From the NCBI GenBank assembly GCA_963722805.1, contig CAVROQ010000033.1, forward strand, positions 198,619 through 262,618: a DNA stretch of 64,000 nt, given 5' to 3'. Source of the stretch: an uncultured Gammaproteobacteria bacterium. GTDB lineage: Bacteria; Pseudomonadota; Gammaproteobacteria; Pseudomonadales; JAHEGP01. The notes under the pieces were generated by a model, which made no database searches, had not been told where the DNA came from, and worked only from the letters and a program-made list of their open reading frames with translations. Positions 54,283 through 63,067 of the stretch are shown piece after piece (the first letter of the stretch is position 1; each line of letters begins with the position of its first letter). Position numbers and translations under genes: made by a program.

Positions 54283-55545
54283 ATGACTGAAACGACTGCA
54301 AGCGGGCCATTGGCCGGGCTGCGAGTGCTGGACCTGTCAACCATGCTGGCTGGACCGTATGGCGCAACCTTGCTGGGAGACCTTGGCGCCGATGTGATTC
54401 GCATCGAATCGCACTACGGCGATGAGAGTCGTCATCTGGGGCCCAGGCGTGGCACTGAGCGGGGCCCTTATTTGAGCCTCAATCGCAGCAAGCGCGCCAT
54501 GGTGCTTGACCTGCAGCAGCCGGGCGGACGGGAAGCCTTCGCCAGGATTGCGAAAACCGCCGACGTGCTGATTACCAATATCCGTGAGCCGGCGCTGAGC
54601 AAGCTGGGTTTGGATTACGAAAAAGTACTGGCCATAAAGCCCGATATCATCTGGATCAGGGTCACTGCATTCGGACCCGATGGTCCCTATGCCGGTCGGC
54701 CGGGGATCGACTTTCTTGCCCAGGGCTATACCGGCGTGCTGGCATTAAACGGCGAGCCGGATGGGGAGCCTGTGCGCACCGGTTTTCCCGCGGTGGATGT
54801 AATGACCTCATTGTTGGTGAGCAACGGAGCGTTGGCGGCATTGCGGGAGCGCGACGCCAGCGGCAAAGGGCAGCGTATTGAAATTTCCCTGCTTGATGCC
54901 CTGATGCACGCCCAGGCCAGTTCGATCGGTACTTACCTTGCGACCGGAGAGGCGCCGGCTAGAACCGGCAATCGCAGTTTGTATTTTGCACCCTCGGGAG
55001 TCTACCCAACCCGCGATAACCAGTACGTGGTGATTACCACGCCCGCGGAAAAATTTTTCGTTAAGCTGTGCCAGGCACTGGAAACCGATTGGTATCAGGA
55101 TACTCGCTTCCATTCCATTACCGCCCGGCTGGACAACCAGGATGAGCTCGACAGACTGTTGGGCGCGCGCACTGCCCACTTTAGCCGGGTGGAGCTGGTG
55201 GATCGCTTGATCGCGGCGGATGTGCTGACGGCGCCCATTAATAAGGTCGAAGACGTGGTGCGGGACCCGCAGATTCTGCACAACCGGATGATTACCCAGG
55301 TACAGCATCCCACCCTGGGTGAAGTCGGGGTTACCGGGGTGCCCATCCGGTTTTATGGTACTCCCTGTGAAGTGCGAAAACATCCGCCGTTGCTGGGTGA
55401 GCACACCCGGGAATTACTGCTTGAAGCCGGCTACACCGAAGCGGAGATCACTGAACTGATAGCATCGGGCCTGGCTGCCGATCATGCCGAGATCGAGCGT
55501 CAGCGCGCCGCACGCCGGGCGCGTAAAGCGCCCCGGAGCCCTTAA
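54283..55545 (+). CDS. Family III CoA-transferase
   Basis: 420 aa. LAGLRVLDLSTMLAGPYGATLLGDLGADVIRIESHYGDE. Asp block GFPAVDVMTS...SGKGQR. Confidence 0.85.
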   Translation: MTETTASGPLAGLRVLDLSTMLAGPYGATLLGDLGADVIRIESHYGDESRHLGPRRGTERGPYLSLNRSKRAMVLDLQQPGGREAFARIAKTADVLITNIREPALSKLGLDYEKVLAIKPDIIWIRVTAFGPDGPYAGRPGIDFLAQGYTGVLALNGEPDGEPVRTGFPAVDVMTSLLVSNGALAALRERDASGKGQRIEISLLDALMHAQASSIGTYLATGEAPARTGNRSLYFAPSGVYPTRDNQYVVITTPAEKFFVKLCQALETDWYQDTRFHSITARLDNQDELDRLLGARTAHFSRVELVDRLIAADVLTAPINKVEDVVRDPQILHNRMITQVQHPTLGEVGVTGVPIRFYGTPCEVRKHPPLLGEHTRELLLEAGYTEAEITELIASGLAADHAEIERQRAARRARKAPRSP

Positions 55546-55550
55546 GTCGG

Positions 55551-57068
55551 ATGGGTGCAGCAAATGTCTTTCGTCCCCTCGCGGGCTGGCAGTTATCAAT
55601 GCCGGCCCCGGAGTCGGTTGCCGATGCATATGCAAACCAATTATTGCGTGACCTGGGTGCCGGACTACCCGATCCCGTCATTGGCAATACCGTTGACGCG
55701 GCATTGGCCTGGGCCGACTCGGGCTTAATGTTCCTCTGTGGTGAGCTGAACCAGCCCCCACGACAGGGGCCCGGTGCGATTCCCTCCTGTGCCCGCGGGG
55801 TGATCAGTGCCATTCGAATGTTGGCGCCGCAAACCTTGTCCTCGGATATCGATGGTGCACTTTTACTGAGCGAACGAGCGGCCATGCTGGGCTTGCATGC
55901 CAGGGGCTCGATGTCGCCGAATCAAAGCTGCCGCGTGTTGCCCAGCCTGGATGGCTGGCTGGCGCTGAACCTGGCGCGTCGAGAAGATTGGCTCTCGTTG
56001 GCGGCATGGTTACAAGCTGATAAGCCGATAGATAATTGGGATAGCGTCCGCCAGGCCGTGGCGCAGCGATACACCAATGAACTGGTCGAGCGTGGCCGAT
56101 TATTGGGTTTGCCCCTCGCGGCGGCCAAGGTCACCACCAAAACTGCAAAGCCCTGGTTCAGGCTGCAGCAGCGCGGATGGCAGCGACCGCCACCTGCCGC
56201 AACAACCGGGCCGCTGGTAATCGATTTGTCATCACTGTGGGCTGGCCCACTGTGCAGCCACTTACTGCAGCAGGCAGGTGCGCGGGTGATCAAGGTTGAG
56301 AGTTTGCAACGACCCGACGGGGCCCGGCCCAGCGGGGTGCCGCCCGACGGGGCCCGGCCCGGCGGGGCCCGGCCCGGCGGGGTGCCGCCCAGCGGGGTGC
56401 CGCCCAGCAGGATGCACCCCGACGAGTCGCAAGCAGATCTTACCGGTTATAGCGATTTCTATCATTTGCTCAATGCCGGAAAATCCTCTGTGGCCCTGGA
56501 TTTCTCCCGTCCCGAGGGAGTGCGTCAATTGCAGGCGCTGCTGCGCCATGCAGATATCGTTATCGAGGGGTCGCGCCCGCGGGCGCTGCAGCAACTGGGT
56601 ATCGACGCCGGGGCCATCGTGCAGTCGAAACCCGGCCTGGTCTGGCTGGGAATCAGTGGCTACGGGCGCAGCCAGCCTGAAGCCAATTGGGTGGCCTTTG
56701 GTGACGATGCGGCGATGGCGGCGGGTGTCGCCAATACCGGGGCCAGCTCGCCGCTGTTTGTGGGTGATGCCCTGGCTGACCCGCTCTGTGGTGTGCATGC
56801 TGCGCTACTGGCGTTGGCCTGTTGGCGCGCGGGTGAAGGCGCTCTGCTGGACATATCACTGCACGACGTGGCGGCACATTGCCTGGCCTATGCCCCGAGC
56901 ATTGTGCAAGGAGATGTTGTTGCCGGCCCTGGACAGCAATGGCAGTTTGCCATTGCCGGACACAGCACCCAAATAAGAAAACCACAGGCGCGCCGCCCCT
57001 TGCAACTGGCTGCCAGGCTGGGCGCAGATACTCGCACTGTGCTGCGGGAGTTTGCGATTCCATGTTAA
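55551..57068 (+). CDS. Atypical family III CoA-transferase-like protein with rearranged domain order and a pentapeptide-repeat insertion
   Basis: 505 aa. The N-terminal ~200 aa align by eye to the distal large-domain plus small-domain part of a CaiB unit (SGLMFLCGELNQPP..., LPSLDGWLALNLARREDWLSLAAWL). The C-terminal ~280 aa start with the normal head (LVIDLSSLWAGPLCSHLLQQAGARVIKVES) and keep the Asp block (FVGDALADP...AGEG), but lack a small domain. Confidence 0.65.
   Translation: MGAANVFRPLAGWQLSMPAPESVADAYANQLLRDLGAGLPDPVIGNTVDAALAWADSGLMFLCGELNQPPRQGPGAIPSCARGVISAIRMLAPQTLSSDIDGALLLSERAAMLGLHARGSMSPNQSCRVLPSLDGWLALNLARREDWLSLAAWLQADKPIDNWDSVRQAVAQRYTNELVERGRLLGLPLAAAKVTTKTAKPWFRLQQRGWQRPPPAATTGPLVIDLSSLWAGPLCSHLLQQAGARVIKVESLQRPDGARPSGVPPDGARPGGARPGGVPPSGVPPSRMHPDESQADLTGYSDFYHLLNAGKSSVALDFSRPEGVRQLQALLRHADIVIEGSRPRALQQLGIDAGAIVQSKPGLVWLGISGYGRSQPEANWVAFGDDAAMAAGVANTGASSPLFVGDALADPLCGVHAALLALACWRAGEGALLDISLHDVAAHCLAYAPSIVQGDVVAGPGQQWQFAIAGHSTQIRKPQARRPLQLAARLGADTRTVLREFAIPC
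56316..56420. repeat. In-frame 15-bp tandem repeat, 7 units, inside the CoA-transferase-like gene
   Basis: GACGGGGCCCGGCCC / AGCGGGGTGCCGCCC / GACGGGGCCCGGCCC / GGCGGGGCCCGGCCC / GGCGGGGTGCCGCCC / AGCGGGGTGCCGCCC / AGCAGGATGCACCCC. Encodes DGARP-SGVPP-DGARP-GGARP-GGVPP-SGVPP-SRMHP. Confidence 0.9.
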
Positions 57069-58501
57069 TAAAGTCAGCGGAGTTGGCAGGGGAGCTGGTC
57101 GATCTGCGAGTCGCGCAAGGTCTGATTGCCGAGCTGGGAAAAAACCTGGTACCACGGCCGCAGGAGCGGATCATCGATGCCGCTGGCGGCGCAGTTTTAC
57201 CGGGCCTGCACGATCACCATATACATTTGTTTGCACTTGCTGCCGCCCGTAGCTCAGTGATGTGCGGTCCACCTGAAATAAATAACCGGGCGGAGTTGGC
57301 TGAGGCTTTGCTAAAGCAGCCGGGTAGCGGTTGGCTGCGGGGTGTGGGCTACCACGACTCGGTGGCCGGCTCGCTTGATCGCTGGCAGCTGGATAAATTG
57401 TTGCCGAACCGGCCGTTACGTATTCAGCATCGCAGCGGCAAGATGTGGATTTTGAACAGCCTGGCAATGGCGCATTTGGGGTTAGATATCGAGAGCGAGC
57501 TTCCTGGTATTGAACGCGACGCCGCAGGTCGGGCGAGCGGTCGCTTGTTTCGTATGGATGACTGGCTTGCTTCGAAGCTGGTGCGCCAGCCGCCACCCGG
57601 GCTTGGTGTGCTGTCCCGTGAGCTGGCGAGCTACGGCTTGACCGGCCTTACCGACACCAGCGCAAGTAATTCAAGCGCTGCGATGGCAGCGCTACAGCAG
57701 GCCCTGGAGCGGGGAGAGTTGCTGCAGCGTTTGCTGGTAATGGGTACCCTCGAACTACCCGCAGGTTCACACCCCTTGCTGCAGCGCGGTGCAGTAAAAA
57801 TCTTACTGGATGATCATCACCTGCCCGACTACGACCAACTGCTTGCGACCGTGTCACAGGCGCATCGCCAGCAGCGCGCAGTCGCCATCCATTGCATCAC
57901 CCCCACTGAGCTGGTGTTCGCTGCCACTGCCCTGCTGGAAGCGGGAGCGGTTGCTGGTGATCGGATTGAGCACGCCTCGATAGCCCCGGATGAGACACTG
58001 CCATTGCTGTATAGGGCCGGCGCAACCGTGGTGACCCAGCCGGGATTCCTGTGGCAGCGTGGTGAGCAGTACCTGCGCGATGTCGCTGTTGCTGAACAGC
58101 CCTTGTTGTACCGCGGCCAGGCATTTCTCAATGCGGGTATTCCGCTGGCGGGTAGCAGCGATGCGCCCTATGGTGATGCCGACCCATGGCTTGCCATCAG
58201 GGCGGCGGTGCAGCGGCAGACTGCTGGCGGTGTTGAAATTGGCGCGGCGGAAAAACTGTCGCCGGAGCGGGCCCTGGCATTGTTTACCACCCCGGCCACT
58301 GCGCCCGGAAGTACCCCCCGGGCGATTGAGGTGGGAGCCATTGCCGACCTCTGTCTACTGGATCGTCCCTGGCAAAAAGCCAGGCAACGTCTTTGTAGTG
58401 CCGACGTATTTGCCACAGTGCGCAGCGGTGAGTTGATATACCAGCGTGAGCCCTCATGCCGCGGATGCAATATCCTGGCTAGCAAAGGGCAGATAGTCTG
58501 A
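57062..58501 (+). CDS. Amidohydrolase-3 family metal-dependent hydrolase
   Basis: ORF trimmed to ATG 57062, overlapping the upstream stop by 7 nt. VLPGLHDHHIHLF metal-binding HxH motif. About 479 aa. Confidence 0.7.
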   Translation: MLIKSAELAGELVDLRVAQGLIAELGKNLVPRPQERIIDAAGGAVLPGLHDHHIHLFALAAARSSVMCGPPEINNRAELAEALLKQPGSGWLRGVGYHDSVAGSLDRWQLDKLLPNRPLRIQHRSGKMWILNSLAMAHLGLDIESELPGIERDAAGRASGRLFRMDDWLASKLVRQPPPGLGVLSRELASYGLTGLTDTSASNSSAAMAALQQALERGELLQRLLVMGTLELPAGSHPLLQRGAVKILLDDHHLPDYDQLLATVSQAHRQQRAVAIHCITPTELVFAATALLEAGAVAGDRIEHASIAPDETLPLLYRAGATVVTQPGFLWQRGEQYLRDVAVAEQPLLYRGQAFLNAGIPLAGSSDAPYGDADPWLAIRAAVQRQTAGGVEIGAAEKLSPERALALFTTPATAPGSTPRAIEVGAIADLCLLDRPWQKARQRLCSADVFATVRSGELIYQREPSCRGCNILASKGQIV

Positions 58502-58543
58502 ATTTATTGTGGCTACACTTTGGCAGGCGCATAGCCTTCAGGA

Positions 58544-60250
58544 TCAGGCCTGGTCCTGGTAATCGTTGATATGCTTGGCAGCCTGGTAGGCAAAGGTCAT
58601 CGCCGGGCCGAGGGTGGCGCCTGGACCGGGGTAGCTGGGCAGTACCGGTGCACTGCAATTCCCAGTGGCGTAAAGACCCTCTATGGCGCTGCCGTCCTGC
58701 CGTAACACCTGGGCATTGGGGTTGGTGCGCAAGCCGCCACTGGTGCCGAAATCGCCAAGGTACAGGCGAATCGCGTAATAGGGCGCACGCTCCAGCGGTG
58801 CCAGGCAATTGTTGGGGCTTACCGTAGGGTCGCCATAGTATCGGTCGTAGGCAAAGCTGCCACGCTTGAATTCCAGGTCGTCACCGCTGCGGGCGTAGTC
58901 ATTCATATTGGCGATGCTGGAAGCCAGTCCCTGCGGGTCGATTCCCACTTTGGCCGCCAGCTCCTCAACGCTATTGGCGATGGTCAGAAAACTGGCGTCA
59001 AAAAAGTGTTTGGGGAGTCGTTTATCCGGCAGCATCTTGCTGGTCATCAGTGGTCCCACCAGATATTTGGCGCGGAAGCGGCCGTCGAAGACATGCCATA
59101 GCTCGTCCACCGGAATCCCACGCTGCTGCGCTTTGAAGCACTCCTGCACATATTTCTGGTAGTTCATCGACTCGTTGGCAACCCGCTTGCCCTGGCGATT
59201 AACCACCATACTGCCGGGGTAGGACTTTTCCATGATTGAAAGCCGTGGCAGGTCTTCGCCGGGCACCTTGATCATGGTGCACCACCAGGCTCCATCCATA
59301 CCACTGACCGCGGCGCCGCAAGCGATGGCTTTTTCTATTGGCAGCCCGGTGTTGCCGGCGTTGCCCGAACTCCAGGCCGCATTGGTCGGTTTGGGCAGGT
59401 ATTGCTCACGCATTTCCTGGTTGTGCTCAAAGCCACCGGAGGCCAGTACCACGGCCTTGCGGCCGCGAATAAACAACTCCCGACCTTCTTTCCTGGCCCG
59501 AATGCCAACAACCCGGTCGCCTTCCGTTATCAGTTCGGTCATTTCGGTGTTGAGCCAGATCGGGATGTTGCGCTCCTCTACCGACAGCGCCAGTCGCGCT
59601 ACCCCGGCCTGGCCGCAGGTAGAACGGCGCGAGCGCTGGCGCCGCAGTCGGCGTGGCAGGTCGAGCAGGTGGCCAAATATCAGTTTTGCGGCGATGCCCA
59701 TCCAGCCCTTGAGTTGGGCGACAAAGATATGGGCTTCCTGCTGGGTGATCGGCACCATATTGAGCATCAACATCATCTGGTGGCCACTGCGCAGTAAATC
59801 ACCACCCTGGCTGAGGCGAGTAATGTCCATGGGCTCGGGCTCTACCGAGCGATGTCCCAGTCGTGCGCCGGGTTCGTCTGAGTAATAATCGGGATATTCG
59901 CCCAGGGAGATATAGCTTGCGTGGGTGCGATCAGCCAGAAAGCGCAGCATTCTCGGGCCATTTTCCAGCAGGGTGCGATGCATCTCCTGCGGCACCGCGC
60001 CCTCCGGCACGGTATTCTGTAAGTAAGTCATCGCATCTTCGATGTTATCTTCGGCGCCTACCGCCATGGCGTAATGATTGCAAGGTATCCACACGCCACC
60101 GCCACCAATGGCGCTGGTGCCGCCATACTGGGCAGTTTTTTCAATCACCAGTAGATCCTTGCTGCCCATTTCGTAATTGCACAGCGCATTGCTTAAAGCG
60201 CCGTTGCCCGAACCGACAATAACGACATCGACCGTTTTATCCCACTTCAT
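58544..60250 (-). CDS. FAD-dependent oxidoreductase of the 3-ketosteroid-delta1-dehydrogenase / fumarate-reductase flavoprotein family
   Basis: 568 aa. VDVVIVGSGNGALSNA...VIEKTAQYGGTSAIGGGGVWIP N-terminal FAD fold. C-terminal GLYATGNCSA block. Confidence 0.8.
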   Translation of the reverse strand: MKWDKTVDVVIVGSGNGALSNALCNYEMGSKDLLVIEKTAQYGGTSAIGGGGVWIPCNHYAMAVGAEDNIEDAMTYLQNTVPEGAVPQEMHRTLLENGPRMLRFLADRTHASYISLGEYPDYYSDEPGARLGHRSVEPEPMDITRLSQGGDLLRSGHQMMLMLNMVPITQQEAHIFVAQLKGWMGIAAKLIFGHLLDLPRRLRRQRSRRSTCGQAGVARLALSVEERNIPIWLNTEMTELITEGDRVVGIRARKEGRELFIRGRKAVVLASGGFEHNQEMREQYLPKPTNAAWSSGNAGNTGLPIEKAIACGAAVSGMDGAWWCTMIKVPGEDLPRLSIMEKSYPGSMVVNRQGKRVANESMNYQKYVQECFKAQQRGIPVDELWHVFDGRFRAKYLVGPLMTSKMLPDKRLPKHFFDASFLTIANSVEELAAKVGIDPQGLASSIANMNDYARSGDDLEFKRGSFAYDRYYGDPTVSPNNCLAPLERAPYYAIRLYLGDFGTSGGLRTNPNAQVLRQDGSAIEGLYATGNCSAPVLPSYPGPGATLGPAMTFAYQAAKHINDYQDQA

Positions 60251-60522
60251 GCTTGCCAGTTGAACCCCGTTGTATGCTGTGCTGCAGGCCTGAATACTGG
60301 CCCAGGTGTGGCGGTCGGGTCAATCACCTGACGACTTTGTAATGCTGTGCGACGAGTTACCGAGCAGGCGCGGACATTAGCGCTGATAGCAGGAGGAAGA
60401 TCTATCCCCGCTATTGTCGAGGCTGAAAGCTTTATTGCCTTCGCAGCATAACGGGCTGAGCCCCTGGAGTAAGGGATGGGGCGCTTACAAACCTATTGAG
60501 TGGGAGAGCACTGCTGGCGAGG

Positions 60523-60551
60523 CCACGCAGGGAAAATCACCCCCTGCGTGG
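60523..60551 (-). terminator. 10-bp perfect stem-loop just downstream of the rhodanese gene (possible terminator; no U-tract)
   Basis: CCACGCAGGG-AAAATCACC-CCCTGCGTGG read directly. Lies 22 nt after the rhodanese stop on the minus strand. Confidence 0.35.
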
Positions 60552-60572
60552 TGCACTGTACCCAGTCACGAT

Positions 60573-60923
60573 CTAACTGTTTTGGGCTTTGCTTATGGCC
60601 TCCAATGGGCAGGAGATCACGCTGACCCGGGTGTAGCCGATGCGCTGCAATTGCTCCGCCGCCAAGATGGCGCGGGCGCTGGTGGCGCAATGGATAAAAA
60701 CCGGCGTGTCGGCATCGGAGCAGTGCTCCGTTATTTTCATTTCGAGTACACCACGGGGAATGTTAACCGAACCGGGAATGGCGTGCTCTGCCACCTCGCC
60801 CGGTTCTCGCACATCAATAAACCAACTGGGTTGGTCGCGACCCTCCGTATACGCGGTAATGGCATCAATGCGGCGTACATTCTGTGAAGCCTGTTGAATA
60901 AGCTCGGGTAGACTCAATAACAT
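60573..60923 (-). CDS. Rhodanese-domain sulfurtransferase
   Basis: 116 aa. Active-site loop HCATSAR (CX4R). Confidence 0.75.
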   Translation of the reverse strand: MLLSLPELIQQASQNVRRIDAITAYTEGRDQPSWFIDVREPGEVAEHAIPGSVNIPRGVLEMKITEHCSDADTPVFIHCATSARAILAAEQLQRIGYTRVSVISCPLEAISKAQNS

Positions 60924-60971
60924 ATTTACCCTCCTTTAGGCGGCGATTACGGTAAAAACGGCCCGTCGATT

Positions 60972-61166
60972 CTAGACTTTGTCGGGCAGGCCGGCTTTAC
61001 GCAATATTGTCATCATCGGACACCACTTGGTGAAAGATGATTGCAGTAGGTTCAGCCCGATGAACCCGGTGAACCAAAGCCAGTTGATATTGACGTATAC
61101 AGCCAGTGCAATCGATATCAAAATCATGATGCCGGCGATCAGGCGAAGTGCTTCGTTTACTGTCAT
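60972..61166 (-). CDS. DUF2892 (YgaP C-terminal-like) small membrane protein
   Basis: 64 aa, two TM segments, LLQSSFTKWCPMMTIL motif. Adjacent to the rhodanese gene, together resembling a split YgaP. Confidence 0.65.
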   Translation of the reverse strand: MTVNEALRLIAGIMILISIALAVYVNINWLWFTGFIGLNLLQSSFTKWCPMMTILRKAGLPDKV

Positions 61167-61552
61167 GTTGAAAACCTCTGGTAATGGTGAGGATAGACAC
61201 TATATTAGAATATCATTATATATAGTTGCAGGGCAACTGTCACAGCACCTTATGCCACCACAGGCAAAGACTAGCAGGTGGCAGCAGGACTTGTGGCACA
61301 CTGGAACCGGTTCACAAAATCGAGTAAGTACAATTGCTGGTATTTGTTCAGGCTGTAGATTTAAACCAAACAAAATCAGTGCCTTACAGGCGTGAAGCAG
61401 CGCAATAGCAACCCCCGGCGAGGGCGTCGAGGCGCTGGAGGTCCCGTTGCCAGCTGTGTTGGTGGTTGTATTCACGTTATAATTTGTAATCCGATGAGTA
61501 GTCGGCGCTGGTATATTCGCCCTACGCACAGACAATTAGTCCGAGATTATGC

Positions 61553-62964
61553 ATGCTTAAAGTTCGCTGGCCGGGTTTCCCCGGCGCGTCGTCACCGGCG
61601 CTTGTTCTCAAAGGCCTCTTCCTGACATCTATTCTCACTCTTGCTGCTTGCGGCGGGGGAGGCGGTGGATCGGATGACACGGGCGTCGTGGAGCCGACGC
61701 AACCGCCCGTCGTACCGCCCGCAGTGCCCGTGGAGCCGACGCAACCGCCCGTCTTGCCGCCCGTAGTGCCCCCCGAGCCCGATCCGGTGTTTGAAGTGGG
61801 CGATCCGCTGATTTCCCCTGCCCCCTCGGGGCTGGATTTCTACCAGCCGCCGTCACCATTACCCGGGCGCAACGGCGATGTGATCTGGGCAAAACAGCTT
61901 GCATCGGTGGCGAATGGCCGAATCTGGCAGGTGCTGTATCGTTCCCAATCGACTAACGGTGAACCCATAGCCGTCTCCGGTTGGCTCGGCGTGCCCGACA
62001 GTCCGCAGCCGTCAGGTGGTTTCCCGATGGTGGCTTTTGGTCACGGCACTACCGGGCTGGGTGATCAATGTGCACCTACCAGGCGCTCCAACCCTACAGA
62101 AACCATTGCCTTGCTAGGGGATTTTCTGGCGCGCGGGTATGCGGTGGCGGCGACCGATTACCAAGGGCTCGGCACGCCTGGCCTGCACCAATACCTGGTG
62201 GGTCCGAGCCAGTCTTATAGCCTGCTGGATTCTGCCCGCGCTGCCCAGCGCTTTGCTGGCGCAGGGAACCAGCTGATTCTGTTTGGTCACTCACAGGGTG
62301 GCCATGCCGTCATCCTGGCTAGCGAAACGGCGCCGAGCTATGCCCCAGAGTTGAACGTGGTGGGAACCATTGGCTCCGGTTCCGGTGTCATCGACGATTC
62401 CGGGGATATATTGTCGGCCCTGAAGCAATCATATTATAAAGGCTATGTGGTGATGACTGCCTGGGCCCAACGCGCGGCATACGGTGGCGAAGCCCATTAC
62501 CCGGCGACGGCGCTGCACCACTGTCACTATGGTTAACCGAATATGGTATTCAATGATCGGAGGAAAATAATTTGATATGCAATGTGTGGGTGAGATCATT
62601 GATGACTACAGCAGTGTCGACGGTAGACTTGCTGTTTGTTCCGGGCGCGCCTCTGCCCAAGACCGGGATTGACGTTGACTACGCCGATTCCATTCCTGGG
62701 CTCAAGTCTGGGGCTTCGCCGCTGTTGATGATTCACGGTCGCCGGGATGACCAGATACCGCCAGCCGGGGTAATTCTCTGGGTTGAACAGACCTGTGACA
62801 ACCCCGACGTGGAGATGGCGATCCAGCTGGAATGGTTTGATACCGGTCACCGGGTGCCCTATGAGGATCCCGAGGGTGCAGCCGATGTGATATTCCCCTG
62901 GATCGATGCCCGCTTTGCAGGAAGTCCGGCACCCTCCAGTTGTGGCAATGTGCCGCGGCCTTGA
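61553..62964 (+). pseudogene. Secreted alpha/beta-hydrolase (lipase-like) lipoprotein gene disrupted by several frame breaks
   Basis: ORF 61553..62536 carries the lipobox LTLAAC, a Pro-rich linker and the nucleophile elbow GHSQGG. ORF 62572..62964 carries the acid/His part (IHGRRDDQIP...FDTGHRVP). All three frames have stops between 62534 and 62572. Protein-like sequence switches frame again near 62615. Confidence 0.5.
61688..61771. repeat. In-frame 42-bp tandem duplication in the lipase linker
   Basis: GTGGAGCCGACGCAACCGCCCGTC(G/T)T(A/G)CCGCCCG(C/T)AGTGCCC x2. Encodes VEPTQPPVVPPAVP / VEPTQPPVLPPVVP. Confidence 0.85.
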
Positions 62965-63067
62965 GCGCCGGGCCTGTTACCGTCGCCATTGAAAATGCCG
63001 GAGAGGCTTGAGCCGCGCGATAAAATCGGTAACATGCGCAGTCAAAGCCCCCAGGTGAAATTCTCTC

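Noticed and set aside
60414-60887. 157-aa plus-strand ORF
   Set aside because: It overlaps the rhodanese gene in antisense. The rhodanese frame has a clear active-site loop.
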